Assembly: GCA_002104945.1 (NCBI GenBank)
Contig: MCFH01000029.1
Coordinates: forward strand, 1-64,000
Direction: 5' to 3'
Length of the DNA stretch: 64,000 nt
Source of the DNA: Piromyces finnis finn
Lineage: Eukaryota; Fungi; Neocallimastigomycota
The notes under the pieces were generated by a model. That model saw only the letters and a list, made by a program, of their open reading frames with translations, searched no databases and was not told the origin of the DNA. Made by a program: the position numbers and the translations under genes. Shown in pieces: positions 9,330 through 20,144 of the stretch. Each line of letters begins with the position of its first letter. Position 1 is the first letter of the stretch.

Positions 9330-12300
9330 GTAATCCAAAAATAGCTTCACTTAATAACAGTTCAGTTGATAATAATGAGTACTCTGAATATTCTGAGTAT
9401 TCTGACTTATCAGATAATGAAGAAATATCTTCTATTGAAGATAAAATTATTGCTGCAGCTAAAAGAAAAGCTAATGATGAAGAAGACTCTTCCAAGAAAA
9501 GAGTACAAAAATCATTAAAAGAAGACCCAAGACCAATAGTTACCCCTGCTACTAGGAAGCAACAAGAACGTGAACTCAGTAATGAGAGTTTAGAATCAGG
9601 TTCACCATCACAACCCAAGAACCAACTTGACACGTCTGTTCTGAGTCAACCTAATATTAACAAGGAAAAAGAAAAAAGTAAAAGACTCAGAGAAAAACAA
9701 AGAAGTAAACCACCAACCCCCATAAATAAAGACGAAAGAGAAGAAAACGAAGATATGGAGGTCAGTATTGATACGGAAGATAAAGTAGAAGTAGAAAAAG
9801 CTAAAAAGAAAAATACAGATATTCTACCGACGTTATTGAAAATGACTAAAGATAAAGAAAAAGATAAAACTAAAGAGGAGAAAGTCACACGTAATATCCA
9901 AATGAGAGGTGATACCAGTGATTATGATATTTTTGAAGATTTAAACACAGCTAAATGTGATATTACTTATGGACAGTTATTTAATGTATGCCCAAAAATA
10001 AGAACACAACTTTCCCAAGGACTAAAGTTAGAGAAAGTACAAAGCAAGGTATCAGGTGCATTAAATAACATAGTAGCTACTACAACCTTATTAAATAATA
10101 TCTACCATGACTATATAAGTAAGAATAATGAAGCTTCAGAAGAGGATATAGCAATGGTGGATGCGACTGTGGATGGAATACCAGGAAAACTACTGGTGGA
10201 TACGTGTAGTAACTTAAATGTTATTACATCTTCTTTTTACAAAAGACTACCAAAGGAATATGAAGTGGTAGGAATAAGCAAAGGACGTATTCGACTAGCT
10301 ACTACTGATGAAGAATACTCTGAGGGTACTGTGGTGCGTATACCAGTTAGAATAGGAGAGGTAGAACTAGTGGTTGACTTCAGAATACTTGAAAAAGAAG
10401 AACCGTTCTATGATATGTTAATAAATTATAAAACTCAAGTAGATAATTTATTATATATAAATCCAGTAACCAAGAGCTTATGTCAAGTGAAAGAAAGAGG
10501 TGTAGTAGAAGAAATAGTACCTATCAATAACCAATATTATAATGAAGGAAAATTGGTATGTACTATTAAGAAGATACCAGATGGAGATACTAAAAGCTTG
10601 AAGTCTATTGAAGGTTTACCACCTCAGGAGTATATACACAATGAGATATTCTTGAACACCTTACCAAAAGATAAACGGAAAGAAATACTCCGACTTTTGG
10701 AAGAAAACTTAGAGATTATTGCGACGTCTTCTGAGGAATTAACGCCTTCTAAATTATCACCACATAAAATAAATCTAAAGGCTGGTGTAAAACCAGTTAA
10801 ACAAAGAGCTTATAGGTTAACTAAATTTAAATCAGATATACTAAAAGAAGAGTTAACTAAGCTAATAGAAAAAAAGTTAATAGAGCCGTCCTATTCAGAA
10901 TGGTCCTCCCCTGTAGTTCTGGTTCCAAAACATAATGGTAAGTGGAGAATGTGTGTGGACTATAGGAGAGTGAACGACCTCACGGAAAAGGACTCTTATT
11001 CACTCCCCTATATTGATGAAATATTTGATAGTCTGAACGGAGCCAAAATATTCACTACTATGGACTTATATTCAGGTTATCATCAAATTTCTATGCATGA
11101 GGAAAGCACTGAGGTTACTAGTTTTACTACCAAGTTTGGTAACTATCAGTTTAAGGTCATGCCGTTTGGGTTAACTAATGCACCAGCAACTTTTCAGAGG
11201 GAAATGAATAAGATATTATTTCCTTTAATAGGAAATTGTGTATATAATTTTATTGATGATGTACTCATATATTCCAAGAGTGTGGAAGAACACATGGAAC
11301 ATATTAAGAGAGTATTTGAAATATTGAAAGAAAATGAATTAAAAATAAATCTTGAGAAATGTAGTTTTATGAAGGAAGAAGTAAATGTATTAGGTCACAG
11401 GTTATCTACTAAAGGTTTGAGTCCTTTGGAAAGTAAAATAGAAGCCATAAGGAAGTGGGAAGCTCCAGGAAATATTCATGAGTTACGTTCGTTTTTGGGT
11501 GCAGTAGGATATTATCGAAATTTTATTCCTAATTATTCTCAAGTAACCGCGCCCTTATGTGAGTTATTAAAGAAAAATGTACGATATAAATGGGAAGAAA
11601 AACATGAAAAAGCATTTAAAGTATTAAAAGAAAAACTGATAAACGCTCCCATTTTAAAGTTTCCTGAATTTGATAAGCCTTTTATCATACGTACGGACGC
11701 GTCGTATGAAGGAGTGGGTGGTGTTTTATTACAAGAAGATGAAACTAACAAAATAGAACACCCTGTACATTATATTAGTCGAAGTCTTAGTAAAGCGGAG
11801 AAGAACTATGGAATAACAGAGTTAGAAGGTGCTGCGTTATTCTTTTGCGTGAGTAAGTTAAAACCTTATATTTTAGGAAACCCGTACACTACTATGGTTT
11901 ATACGGACCATAAACCACTTTTGGGTTTATTTAAAAATAAGGAACCAAATAGTGCACGTCACAACAGATGGTGTCTTACAGTAAGTCAGTTGGATATTGA
12001 TATTCAATATGATAAAGGAAAGAATAATGTTATAGCTGATGCATTATCAAGAATGAAGAATAAAGAGGAGAAAAAGATACTGGTAACAAAAATTAATAAA
12101 ACTAATAATGAAGAGTTATTAACCAAAGTTATTAAGGAGTTTATAGCTGAAAAATTTACTACCATAGATGGGAAAGACTATTTCGTAGATGGTAATAACT
12201 TACGTCAGCTAATATCTACTGTAGAAGAAAAAGTAAAGTTAATATTTCAAGCACATAACGTAGGTCATGAAGGTTATTATAAGACTTATCAAAGGTTAAA

Positions 12301-13273
12301 GAAAAATTATTATTGGAATGATATGATAGCGGATATTAAAAGAATTATTAGCAAGTGTGAGAAGTGTCAAGTAAATAGACCACAACCTTATCCAGAACCA
12401 ACTGAGGACAAAGCTACTAAAGTGGAAGGACCATTTGTACATCTAGGTTTGGATATTATTGGGCCATTACCTAAGACAAAAAATAGTAAACAATATATAA
12501 TAGTCATAGTTGACTATTTTACTAAATGGGTAGAAGCCGAAGCGGTGGAAACTGTTACTTCTCTGGACGTGATAAAGTTTTTAATAAATGTGTTTGCAAG
12601 ACATGGGGTACCACAAGTTATTACTACAGATAATGGAACTCAATTTACCTCAGATATGACAAAGATATTTCTAGACCTATATGACGTATATGTGAAGTTC
12701 ACAGTTCCCTACCACCCTGAAAGTAATGGATTAACAGAAAACCGAAATAAGGAAATTGGGAAACTTTTAAGACTTTTAGGGAAAGAAAGTAAAGACTGGG
12801 ATGAAGTTCTACCTTCCGCGCTTTGGGCCTTAAGAACTACAAAGAATACGGCTACGAAACATTCAAGTTTTGAGCTAGTTTATGGTAGGGAAGACCAACA
12901 ACCTTTTGATATAGCTGCCCGACCCACTAAAGATCAAAACAAGAGTTCCGATGAAATTCTTTTGGAAAAGTTTATAAATCACTACCGATGGACCCTAGAA
13001 GCTGCTGAAAATGTAAAGACGGCTAATAAATATTGGTCTATGAGAAGAGAAGAAAAATTAAGTATGAACCAAGCTAAGAAAATAAAAGTAGGTGACCTAG
13101 TTTTGGTAAGAAACTTCAGTAGAACAAAATTGGAACCTTACTTTGTAGGACCTCTCAAAGTGGTCCAGAAACAGTTCAATACAGTAGTCTTAGCAGACCC
13201 AGAAACTGGAGTACTAATGAACAGAAATGTACATTTCAAAAATGTCGTTAAATATAACTCAGCAACGGAGTAG
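9302..13273 (+). CDS. pol: Pol (PR-RT-RNaseH-IN) of element 2; frame opens at the frameshift site, first ATG 9755
   Basis: PR-like LVDTCS; RT WSSPVVLVPK, MDLYSGYHQI, FIDDVL; RNase H RTDAS and YTDHKPL; IN HHCC, GLDIIGP, TDNGTQF, GLTENRN. No chromodomain; uninterrupted. Confidence 0.97.
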   Translation, partial: LDSGRRSTPSNPKIASLNNSSVDNNEYSEYSEYSDLSDNEEISSIEDKIIAAAKRKANDEEDSSKKRVQKSLKEDPRPIVTPATRKQQERELSNESLESGSPSQPKNQLDTSVLSQPNINKEKEKSKRLREKQRSKPPTPINKDEREENEDMEVSIDTEDKVEVEKAKKKNTDILPTLLKMTKDKEKDKTKEEKVTRNIQMRGDTSDYDIFEDLNTAKCDITYGQLFNVCPKIRTQLSQGLKLEKVQSKVSGALNNIVATTTLLNNIYHDYISKNNEASEEDIAMVDATVDGIPGKLLVDTCSNLNVITSSFYKRLPKEYEVVGISKGRIRLATTDEEYSEGTVVRIPVRIGEVELVVDFRILEKEEPFYDMLINYKTQVDNLLYINPVTKSLCQVKERGVVEEIVPINNQYYNEGKLVCTIKKIPDGDTKSLKSIEGLPPQEYIHNEIFLNTLPKDKRKEILRLLEENLEIIATSSEELTPSKLSPHKINLKAGVKPVKQRAYRLTKFKSDILKEELTKLIEKKLIEPSYSEWSSPVVLVPKHNGKWRMCVDYRRVNDLTEKDSYSLPYIDEIFDSLNGAKIFTTMDLYSGYHQISMHEESTEVTSFTTKFGNYQFKVMPFGLTNAPATFQREMNKILFPLIGNCVYNFIDDVLIYSKSVEEHMEHIKRVFEILKENELKINLEKCSFMKEEVNVLGHRLSTKGLSPLESKIEAIRKWEAPGNIHELRSFLGAVGYYRNFIPNYSQVTAPLCELLKKNVRYKWEEKHEKAFKVLKEKLINAPILKFPEFDKPFIIRTDASYEGVGGVLLQEDETNKIEHPVHYISRSLSKAEKNYGITELEGAALFFCVSKLKPYILGNPYTTMVYTDHKPLLGLFKNKEPNSARHNRWCLTVSQLDIDIQYDKGKNNVIADALSRMKNKEEKKILVTKINKTNNEELLTKVIKEFIAEKFTTIDGKDYFVDGNNLRQLISTVEEKVKLIFQAHNVGHEGYYKTYQRLKKNYYWNDMIADIKRIISKCEKCQVNRPQPYPEPTEDKATKVEGPFVHLGLDIIGPLPKTKNSKQYIIVIVDYFTKWVEAEAVETVTSLDVIKFLINVFARHGVPQVITTDNGTQFTSDMTKIFLDLYDVYVKFTVPYHPESNGLTENRNKEIGKLLRLLGKESKDWDEVLPSALWALRTTKNTATKHSSFELVYGREDQQPFDIAARPTKDQNKSSDEILLEKFINHYRWTLEAAENVKTANKYWSMRREEKLSMNQAKKIKVGDLVLVRNFSRTKLEPYFVGPLKVVQKQFNTVVLADPETGVLMNRNVHFKNVVKYNSATE

Positions 13274-13297
13274 CTTGAGTTTTAACGAAGGGCATTC

Positions 13298-14156
13298 TGT
13301 TAAGGAATGAACATAAATAGTTGAATTAGCTAGAATTTTAGGAATTAACCTTCAACTATTTATATTCCTTACTAGTGTTTAACTCTATTTTTGAAATATA
13401 AAAATTATAATATATAATTTTTATACATTTTTCTAGTAATTATTCATATTTTTATTATATAGTTATATTATTTGTATATAGTTATTTAAGACCTTTATTA
13501 TTAGTATTAGTATAATTACTTATAATATTTTATACTTATAAATTTTACAAAATTTTATTATTAAAATAGTTATAGGAATTTTATTATTATTTAAGGTTTA
13601 TTTTATTAATTAACTTTATTGTATAATATTTTATAATTTGAAATTATGACATAGAATTTAATTATAATTTTTACTAAAAGAGGCAACTGTTACACACAAA
13701 ACAGAAGATACCTCGACAGAAAAATTATTATTTATGTCTAAAAAAGGGCATAATTAATTGAATAATATAATTTTATTATATGTCATAATTAAATATATAA
13801 TATATGATATGCAAAAATGTTACACATATCATAAATTAAAATTTTATTAATTATAAATTAAAAATTTTTCTATTCAAATATTAAGAGATTATTCATAATA
13901 TATATTAAGGATTTAATTAATATATGTTACAGTGAATGATCCATATATTATGAATGAAATCAATTTAAATCCTTAGCTATCCAAAACCATTAAATTTCAA
14001 ATAATGGATAGTTGGAAAAAGTACGAGGATTTTTGAGAAAATTTTTAAAAAATTGAAAAATCAAAAATAAATTAAATGAATAAAAATTAAAATTAAATAA
14101 ATTTTTATTTTTATAACTATTCAAGTGTTTTGTGATATCTTATTTGAACCGTAGCA
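13298..14156 (+). repeat. 3' LTR of element 2
   Basis: Copy of 7122-7980, preceded by the purine-rich AACGAAGGG plus CATTC. Confidence 0.95.
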
Positions 14157-14166
14157 ATTCGTTACA

Positions 14167-14221
14167 GTATTGAAATTATTTGGGTAATTATTTCTGTAAT
14201 TATTCCTTTTGTTAAAACGTT
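14167..14221 (-). pseudogene. gag: Continuation of element 1 gag
   Basis: Reads KRFNKRNNYRNNYPNNFN in frame with 6605 onward. The frame closes shortly after entering segment X. Confidence 0.75.
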
Positions 14222-15405
14222 TGTCACGAATACTAGTGAAATTACAATTTCAAGATCACTTGGAATTGTGAAATCACTTATGAAAATTTAAAATCAACAA
14301 ATATTTTATTTTCAAATAAATTATAAAATTTTATTAAGAAATATTTAAAAATTTAGGAAAGGTTAAAATATGACCTTAACCCTTAGTAATTTTTATAATA
14401 AATAACTTTAACCCTTATCGTTAAAATGGAATAAGAAAAAACACGCGTATCTCCTCAACGAATGACGATTTTTGAATAAAAATGTTTTGGTTATAATTAC
14501 GTTCGTTAGAAAGCCACGCTCGAGACAAACAACATATCTTAAAATCAGGTCAATATCTCTGCTGGTTCACGAGATATTCCAATTTAAAGATATTTTGTTA
14601 GCAATGATTAATTGTTTATTCAGAGAATGATCACCCCTGATATATCAAACATAAATCATTCACTCAAAGTATAAAAAATTATTGTTTAATTAAATTAAAA
14701 TTATTTTCCGGAACTAATTAACTTTATTTTATAATAATTATTTCAATAACATAATTTATAATCTTTGAACTAGAGGATTATAATTATTAATATTATATTC
14801 AATGAATTATATTATAATTAAGAAATAATTAATATTATGAATATTATAAACAATAGTTATTTTTTAATAATTAGGAATAAGTCTTAAGTTTAGTTTAAGT
14901 ATTATAAAATATATTATGAATATAATCATGTATTGAAAAGTTATTTTATTATTAAATGTAAAATTACAAATAGTATAAATAGTTTAGAATAGTTTATGAA
15001 ATTAAAATCTTTGTAAAGATTATTAACCAAAAATTATTAACCATAAATTATTAAATTATTAACTATAAATTATTAACTAAAGATTATTAACTATAAATTA
15101 TTAACTATTAATAATAATTAATACTTAATGAGTACTACTACTAAATAATCTTATTATTATATATTTTAGCAATATATCATTAAATAAAATAAAAGAAATT
15201 ATTTTAACCATAATATATAATTTAATTATTCATTTATAAATCAATTAAGATTATTTTAATAAAACATTTTTTTTTTTCTAACCTAGTTATCTTTTAACCT
15301 TTTATTTAATTTAATATTTTAATATTAAATTATAAGTTTAGTAAAACTTTTACATAACAGAAGAAGTAGTTAAAAAGTTATAATATAACTACCAATCCGT
15401 TATCA
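14222..15405. mobile_element. LTR-like segment X (1184 bp) with non-matching flanks
   Basis: TG...CA ends (TGTCACG / CCGTTATCA). The last ~52 bp are the reverse complement of the element-3 LTR terminus. Right flank TAAA, left flank CGTT. It may be composite. Confidence 0.55.
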
Positions 15406-15409
15406 TAAA

Positions 15410-17162
15410 TGATAACGGATTGGTAGTTATTCTACAACTTTTTAAACTACTTATTCGTTACCTTATATTGTTTTATCTCGACAGCTATTGTACGAGCTTT
15501 AACAATATCTACTTGTTTTATTATTTATTTTAATTTATTTTATAATATTTATAGTTTTATTATTTAATAATATTTATATAGAATAATAACACCAGATTTA
15601 TTCTATAAAATATTATTTATTATTAACACAATAATTACAAACTAGACAAGTTTAATTTCGTTTTTATATTTTCTTTTATTTATTGTTTTTATACTCTTTT
15701 TTAACAATAATTTTTATTATATAAAAACTTATTTTTGTCTTTTAATTATTATTATGTATTATTTAACTAACTATATTAACTATTATTAAAAATTCAACTT
15801 CTTATTAATATGTTAAGTCTTCCTATTTTCTACTAAAAATTATTATTATTCTTTATATTAAAAATTATTTTTATAATTTAACCCAATCAAATATATAAAT
15901 TTATAAAATATTTGATTTTATGTAAATTATATTTTTATGCTAAACTATATAAAATTATTTAATAATTATTTTTATAATAAAACGTTGTTAAGTTTTTGGG
16001 TTTGGTTATGCGGCCAGGTCAGAATGTTATTAATTATATAGTAAAAATGTTTTTTAAGAAATTAAATTTAATTATAAAATAACACCTTAAACTCCCAAAT
16101 GAAAATTGAAAAGTTTATATTTACTTTAAAATAACTTTTTATAAATTTTTTATTTATTTAATAATAATAATATAAATGATATTATAAGTAACTATATAAT
16201 TAAGATTATAACTATAATCTTTACAAAGAATTAAAATCGAATTCAATTCATTCTCTTTTATATTCTTTGTTCAGATTATTAAATTGATATTAATAAGAAT
16301 AAAGTATTACATGTAATATATTAGTAATATAATTAAATAAGTAATAAGATTGTTTGTTTGTTTGTTTGTTTGTCTGTTTGTCATGACATAAAATAAAATA
16401 AACATATGATTAATCATTTAAACAGTTGATCCTAATTAGTAATTATAAAAACTATTCAATTAATAATTCATCATTATTAATTGATATTACCATAACATAT
16501 TTGTTATAATTAAATAATTATTATTTTCAAAATTATTTCTAATAAAACTTGCCGTTAACCTATTTTATAATAATTAAGATTATTTAATTTATAGGTGTTA
16601 ACTGTTACACCTAAATGGGTCTAGTTCTATTTTTAGTAACAATCGTTATCATTAATTAAATTAATATAACTAAAATTCCTATTGATATATTTTTAATTTC
16701 ATCAAGTCATAAGAAATATTTATGATCCATACTTGATATCATATTGATTTTAATTTACCTAATAAAATCTTTAAATGATCATAACTTCCTTAAATGATCA
16801 GTTAGAAGGACCGCGATTGTACCAAATTGTAGCTTTCTTCCTAAGCTTTCCAATAAACCTAGTTTCATCACCGTAGCGATCGTTTTTTGGCGAGTTACAC
16901 CTTATTTCGTACTTGCTTATTTTTGGTTAAGGGTTATAGTGTATTGATATTAAATTTTTGAAATCATAACCCTTTCACTGAATCAAAATTTAAAAGGTGA
17001 CTTTTAAAAGTGTTTTAAAATAATTATTGAAATTATTTAATTATAATTATTATGTTTAATTAATTATAGATATTATCTGAATTTGTTTTAAATCCAGTTA
17101 ATATCTTCACAAACGTTCTACAAATATCAAATTTATAATATATTTATAATTATTATTTATCA
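15410..17162 (-). mobile_element. Solo LTR Y (diverged element-3 family, ~622 bp net) with nested insert
   Basis: Collinear with 17167-17791 apart from scattered differences. Flanked by TAAA at 15406-15409 and 17163-17166. Confidence 0.9.
15986..17111. mobile_element. Solo-LTR-like element Z (1126 bp) nested in Y
   Basis: Termini TGTTAAG / CTTCACA (imperfect inverted repeat). 5-bp TSD AACGT at 15981-15985 and 17112-17116. Contains a (TTGT)n tract near 16350-16381. Confidence 0.85.
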
Positions 17163-18146
17163 TAAATGATAACGGATTGGTAGTTATATTACAACTTTTT
17201 AACTACTTCTTCTGTTATCTTATATTGTTTTATCTCGACAGCTATTGTACGAGCTTTAACAATATCTACTAGTTTTATTAATTTATTTTAAGTTATTTTA
17301 TAATTTTAATAGTTTTATTATTTTAATAATATTTATATAGAATAATAACACCAGATTTATTCTATAAAATATTATTTATTATTAACACAATAATTACAAA
17401 TTAGACAAGTTTAATTTCGTTTTTATATTTTCTTTTATTTATTGTTCTTACGCTCTTTTTAACAATAATTTTTATTATATAAAAACTTATTTTTTTTTGT
17501 CTTTTAAATATTATTATGTATTCACTAATTAATTATATTAACTATTATTAAAATTTAACTTATTATTAGTAATCTAAGTCTTCTTATTTTCTACTAAAAA
17601 TTATTATTATTCTTTATATTAAAAATTATTTTTATAATTTAACCCAATCAAATATATAAATTTATAAAATATTTGATTTTATGTAAATTATATTTTTATA
17701 ATAAACTATATAAAATTATTTAATAATTATTTTATAATAAAATTTTCTACTAATATCAAATTTATAATATATTTATAATTATTATTTATCAAGATTTCCT
17801 CCCCTAAGATACGACTTAGTGGTAGCTGATAAAAATATTCATAAATAATAATAAATATATAAGTTTTTGATATTTTTATACTAAATATTTAAAAATTTAA
17901 ATTTTTTTTTTTTTTCTATATATATATATATATATATATATGATAAAAATAATATAAAATAAGGTTTATAAAAAAATGATGAAAAATTTGAAAATTTTTA
18001 TTAATAAAATTTTTTTTTTTTTCAAAGAGAAATAAAAAAAATGAAGTGAAATTTTGTTAAATGTCGTAGTGTAAATATTTTTGTGTTTTTATATATTTTT
18101 GTAATGTAATTGTCGTATTATTTGTATATAAATGTTTAATGTGGTT

Positions 18147-20138
18147 TTATCTTTCTTTAAACTTTGAAAATAGATGAAATTTTGATTTTAATATGTCGAA
18201 ATAATGTCGTTTTAAAATTGAAGTTACTGATTTGATATAATCTTTTAGATTGAAAATAATTGAATTTGAAATACTTTCTTTTACACTTTTTATTATACTG
18301 AAATATATATTCTTAAACGAATTATTTGATGAATTTTTGATTATATCATTTTGTTTATTTCGCTTTTTTCTTGATTTTAATTTCCTGTTAATATTAATAT
18401 TCAAGTGATTATATTTTAGAATTTTACTTTTATTTTTATATATCTTGATTTTGTGGCATTTTTCGTGAATAATTGGCGTTTTTTCTGCTTCATCACGGCC
18501 GACAAGATTTGACTTATTAATTGAAAATTTAATAAGTGAATCGTTTTTAATTCTTTTTGGAAATTTGCTGAAATTTGAATGAAAAATGTGATATTTTGGA
18601 TAAAAATATTTATTTTTAAATTTGAATAAATGTCGAAATTTAATTGAATATAAAAGTTTGTTTTTATTGTTAAAAGTCGAATTAAAATTTTGAATTTTGA
18701 TATTATTATTAAATGAATTAAATTGAGTTTCATTAATATTTGATGGATTGAAACAATGAATCATTGAAATATTTGAAAGATTATTTTTATTTTGTTTAAA
18801 ATTTGAGGGACGAGCAACCATAATAGGAGATGAATTAGTTTTCATGTAGAGAGAGTCATCATCAGGATCAATGTATAATCGGTGATCCTTTTGAGATTGA
18901 CGACCTAATATAATATCATAACATGAATCTTCATCTTCTAGAATCCAGAATAATGCATAGATTTTTAAATCACCAAATTTAAGAGTTAAATTAACAGCTT
19001 GATTTGTTGAAATAACTTGTTTGCTAGCTAATTTAAAGAAAGTTCTCTTAAAATGTGTAATATTATGATTTGCTGATATTAAATTAAAGAAGGATTTAGT
19101 AATAACATTAACATCAGAACCAGTATCTACTAAAACTCGGACAATGTTATTATCAATTGAGCCAATGACAGAAGCAATGTTGATTTTATTAATGACATTA
19201 ATTTCGTTATCTGCTATATTGATAATATCATCATCATTGTCATTATCAGCATCATCATTGTTTTCATTATTTTTATTATTATAATTTTCATTAATGATAT
19301 TAATAAATGAATTAATATCATCATCATTAAGATCCATATTTTGAATGGCGTTTATTTTCCGAACGTCATTTGGATCAAGCTTTAAACCTTTGGCACAAAG
19401 TCTTCTGATGATAGGACTGACTGCAAGTAATTGTGCAAAAGAGATACCAGCATTTGTATTATTAAGGGCATCAAAAATATTATATTCTTTATTTTTGCCC
19501 AACATGACAATAGAACGTAGGAAGTCATAATAGTTGCTTTTGGGAGACTTTTTGCTATCTATAACTTCTTCTAATTCGTCCTGTTTACTTGATATATCTG
19601 GACCAATTCTTCTTTTATTTCTGGTTTCTTTATTTTTCATCTTAGCAGAGGAAATATTCTTGCCTGCAATTACCGAGGGGTCTAAGATGTCTAGGCGGGA
19701 AGTAGTGGTATGAAAATTTGAATTTTTCTCATTACGAATTTCTTGCTGTTCTTTCATCTGAGTGGCCTTTGTGTGTATTGGCAAGGGGTTTTCTCGAAGT
19801 TTCTTTTTCTTCGACCGAGTCACGTGATCCTCATCTTCACTTTCATCACTTTCTTCAGAACTTTTCCTCTTGAATGCGTAAATAAGGTTTTCGATGTCCT
19901 TATCATCGATTGTATTTGTCACGTGATTTTGTGTAACACCATCCTTATCTATGTCTTTGATTGGATCATCCACCAAAGGGTCAGAGAATTTTTCTTCAGA
20001 ATTTGAAAATTTTTCTGTTTTATGTGAGTCACGTGTATCATTAACATAGATTTGCTCATTAATGTTGTTGATGTTGTGGGTTTGGTTATTATCAATTTTG
20101 GAGTTAGAAGGGGAAGATTGAGAACTTCCCCCATTTAA
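18147..20138 (-). CDS. Element 3 ORF2: aspartic protease plus basic tail (frameshift-dependent)
   Basis: VLVDTGSDVNVI protease motif and an ISFAQLLAVSP motif shared with elements 1 and 2. The -1 frame is open from the slippery site into the 18147-19976 ORF. Confidence 0.85.
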   Translation of the reverse strand, partial: LNGGSSQSSPSNSKIDNNQTHNINNINEQIYVNDTRDSHKTEKFSNSEEKFSDPLVDDPIKDIDKDGVTQNHVTNTIDDKDIENLIYAFKRKSSEESDESEDEDHVTRSKKKKLRENPLPIHTKATQMKEQQEIRNEKNSNFHTTTSRLDILDPSVIAGKNISSAKMKNKETRNKRRIGPDISSKQDELEEVIDSKKSPKSNYYDFLRSIVMLGKNKEYNIFDALNNTNAGISFAQLLAVSPIIRRLCAKGLKLDPNDVRKINAIQNMDLNDDDINSFINIINENYNNKNNENNDDADNDNDDDIINIADNEINVINKINIASVIGSIDNNIVRVLVDTGSDVNVITKSFFNLISANHNITHFKRTFFKLASKQVISTNQAVNLTLKFGDLKIYALFWILEDEDSCYDIILGRQSQKDHRLYIDPDDDSLYMKTNSSPIMVARPSNFKQNKNNLSNISMIHCFNPSNINETQFNSFNNNIKIQNFNSTFNNKNKLLYSIKFRHLFKFKNKYFYPKYHIFHSNFSKFPKRIKNDSLIKFSINKSNLVGRDEAEKTPIIHEKCHKIKIYKNKSKILKYNHLNININRKLKSRKKRNKQNDIIKNSSNNSFKNIYFSIIKSVKESISNSIIFNLKDYIKSVTSILKRHYFDILKSKFHLFSKFKER

Positions 20139-20144
20139 TTTAAA
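20110..20144 (-). promoter_or_regulatory. -1 ribosomal frameshift signal of element 3
   Basis: In-phase U UUA AAU (20144-20138), 6-nt spacer, GGGGAAG/CUUCCCC stem with 8-nt loop. Confidence 0.85.

Larger units (their letters stand above)
7122..14156 (+). mobile_element. Full-length Ty3/Gypsy LTR retrotransposon (element 2, 7035 bp)
   Basis: 859-bp near-identical LTRs, 4-bp TSD ATTC (7118-7121 and 14157-14160), PBS, and intact gag and pol. Confidence 0.97.
6606..14166. mobile_element. Solo LTR A (~522 bp: 6606-7121 plus 14161-14166), split by element 2
   Basis: Perfect 7-bp inverted termini TGTAACG/CGTTACA once element 2 is removed. 5-bp TSD GTATT at 6601-6605 and 14167-14171. Removing it restores the gag reading frame. 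Confidence 0.88.

Noticed and set aside
9244-9888. Antisense genes inside element 2 (and similar short antisense ORFs in the LINEs and PEPCK)
   Set aside because: Shadow ORFs opposite long coding frames, with no independent features.
13294-13297. ATTC before both LTRs as part of the element-2 LTR
   Set aside because: The solo copy at 21719-22576 starts at TG without ATTC, so the internal ATTC is treated as coincidental with the TSD.
19949-20134. Stop-readthrough or reinitiated ORF after element 3 gag
   Set aside because: It ends after 61 codons, whereas the -1 frame is open into the protease ORF.
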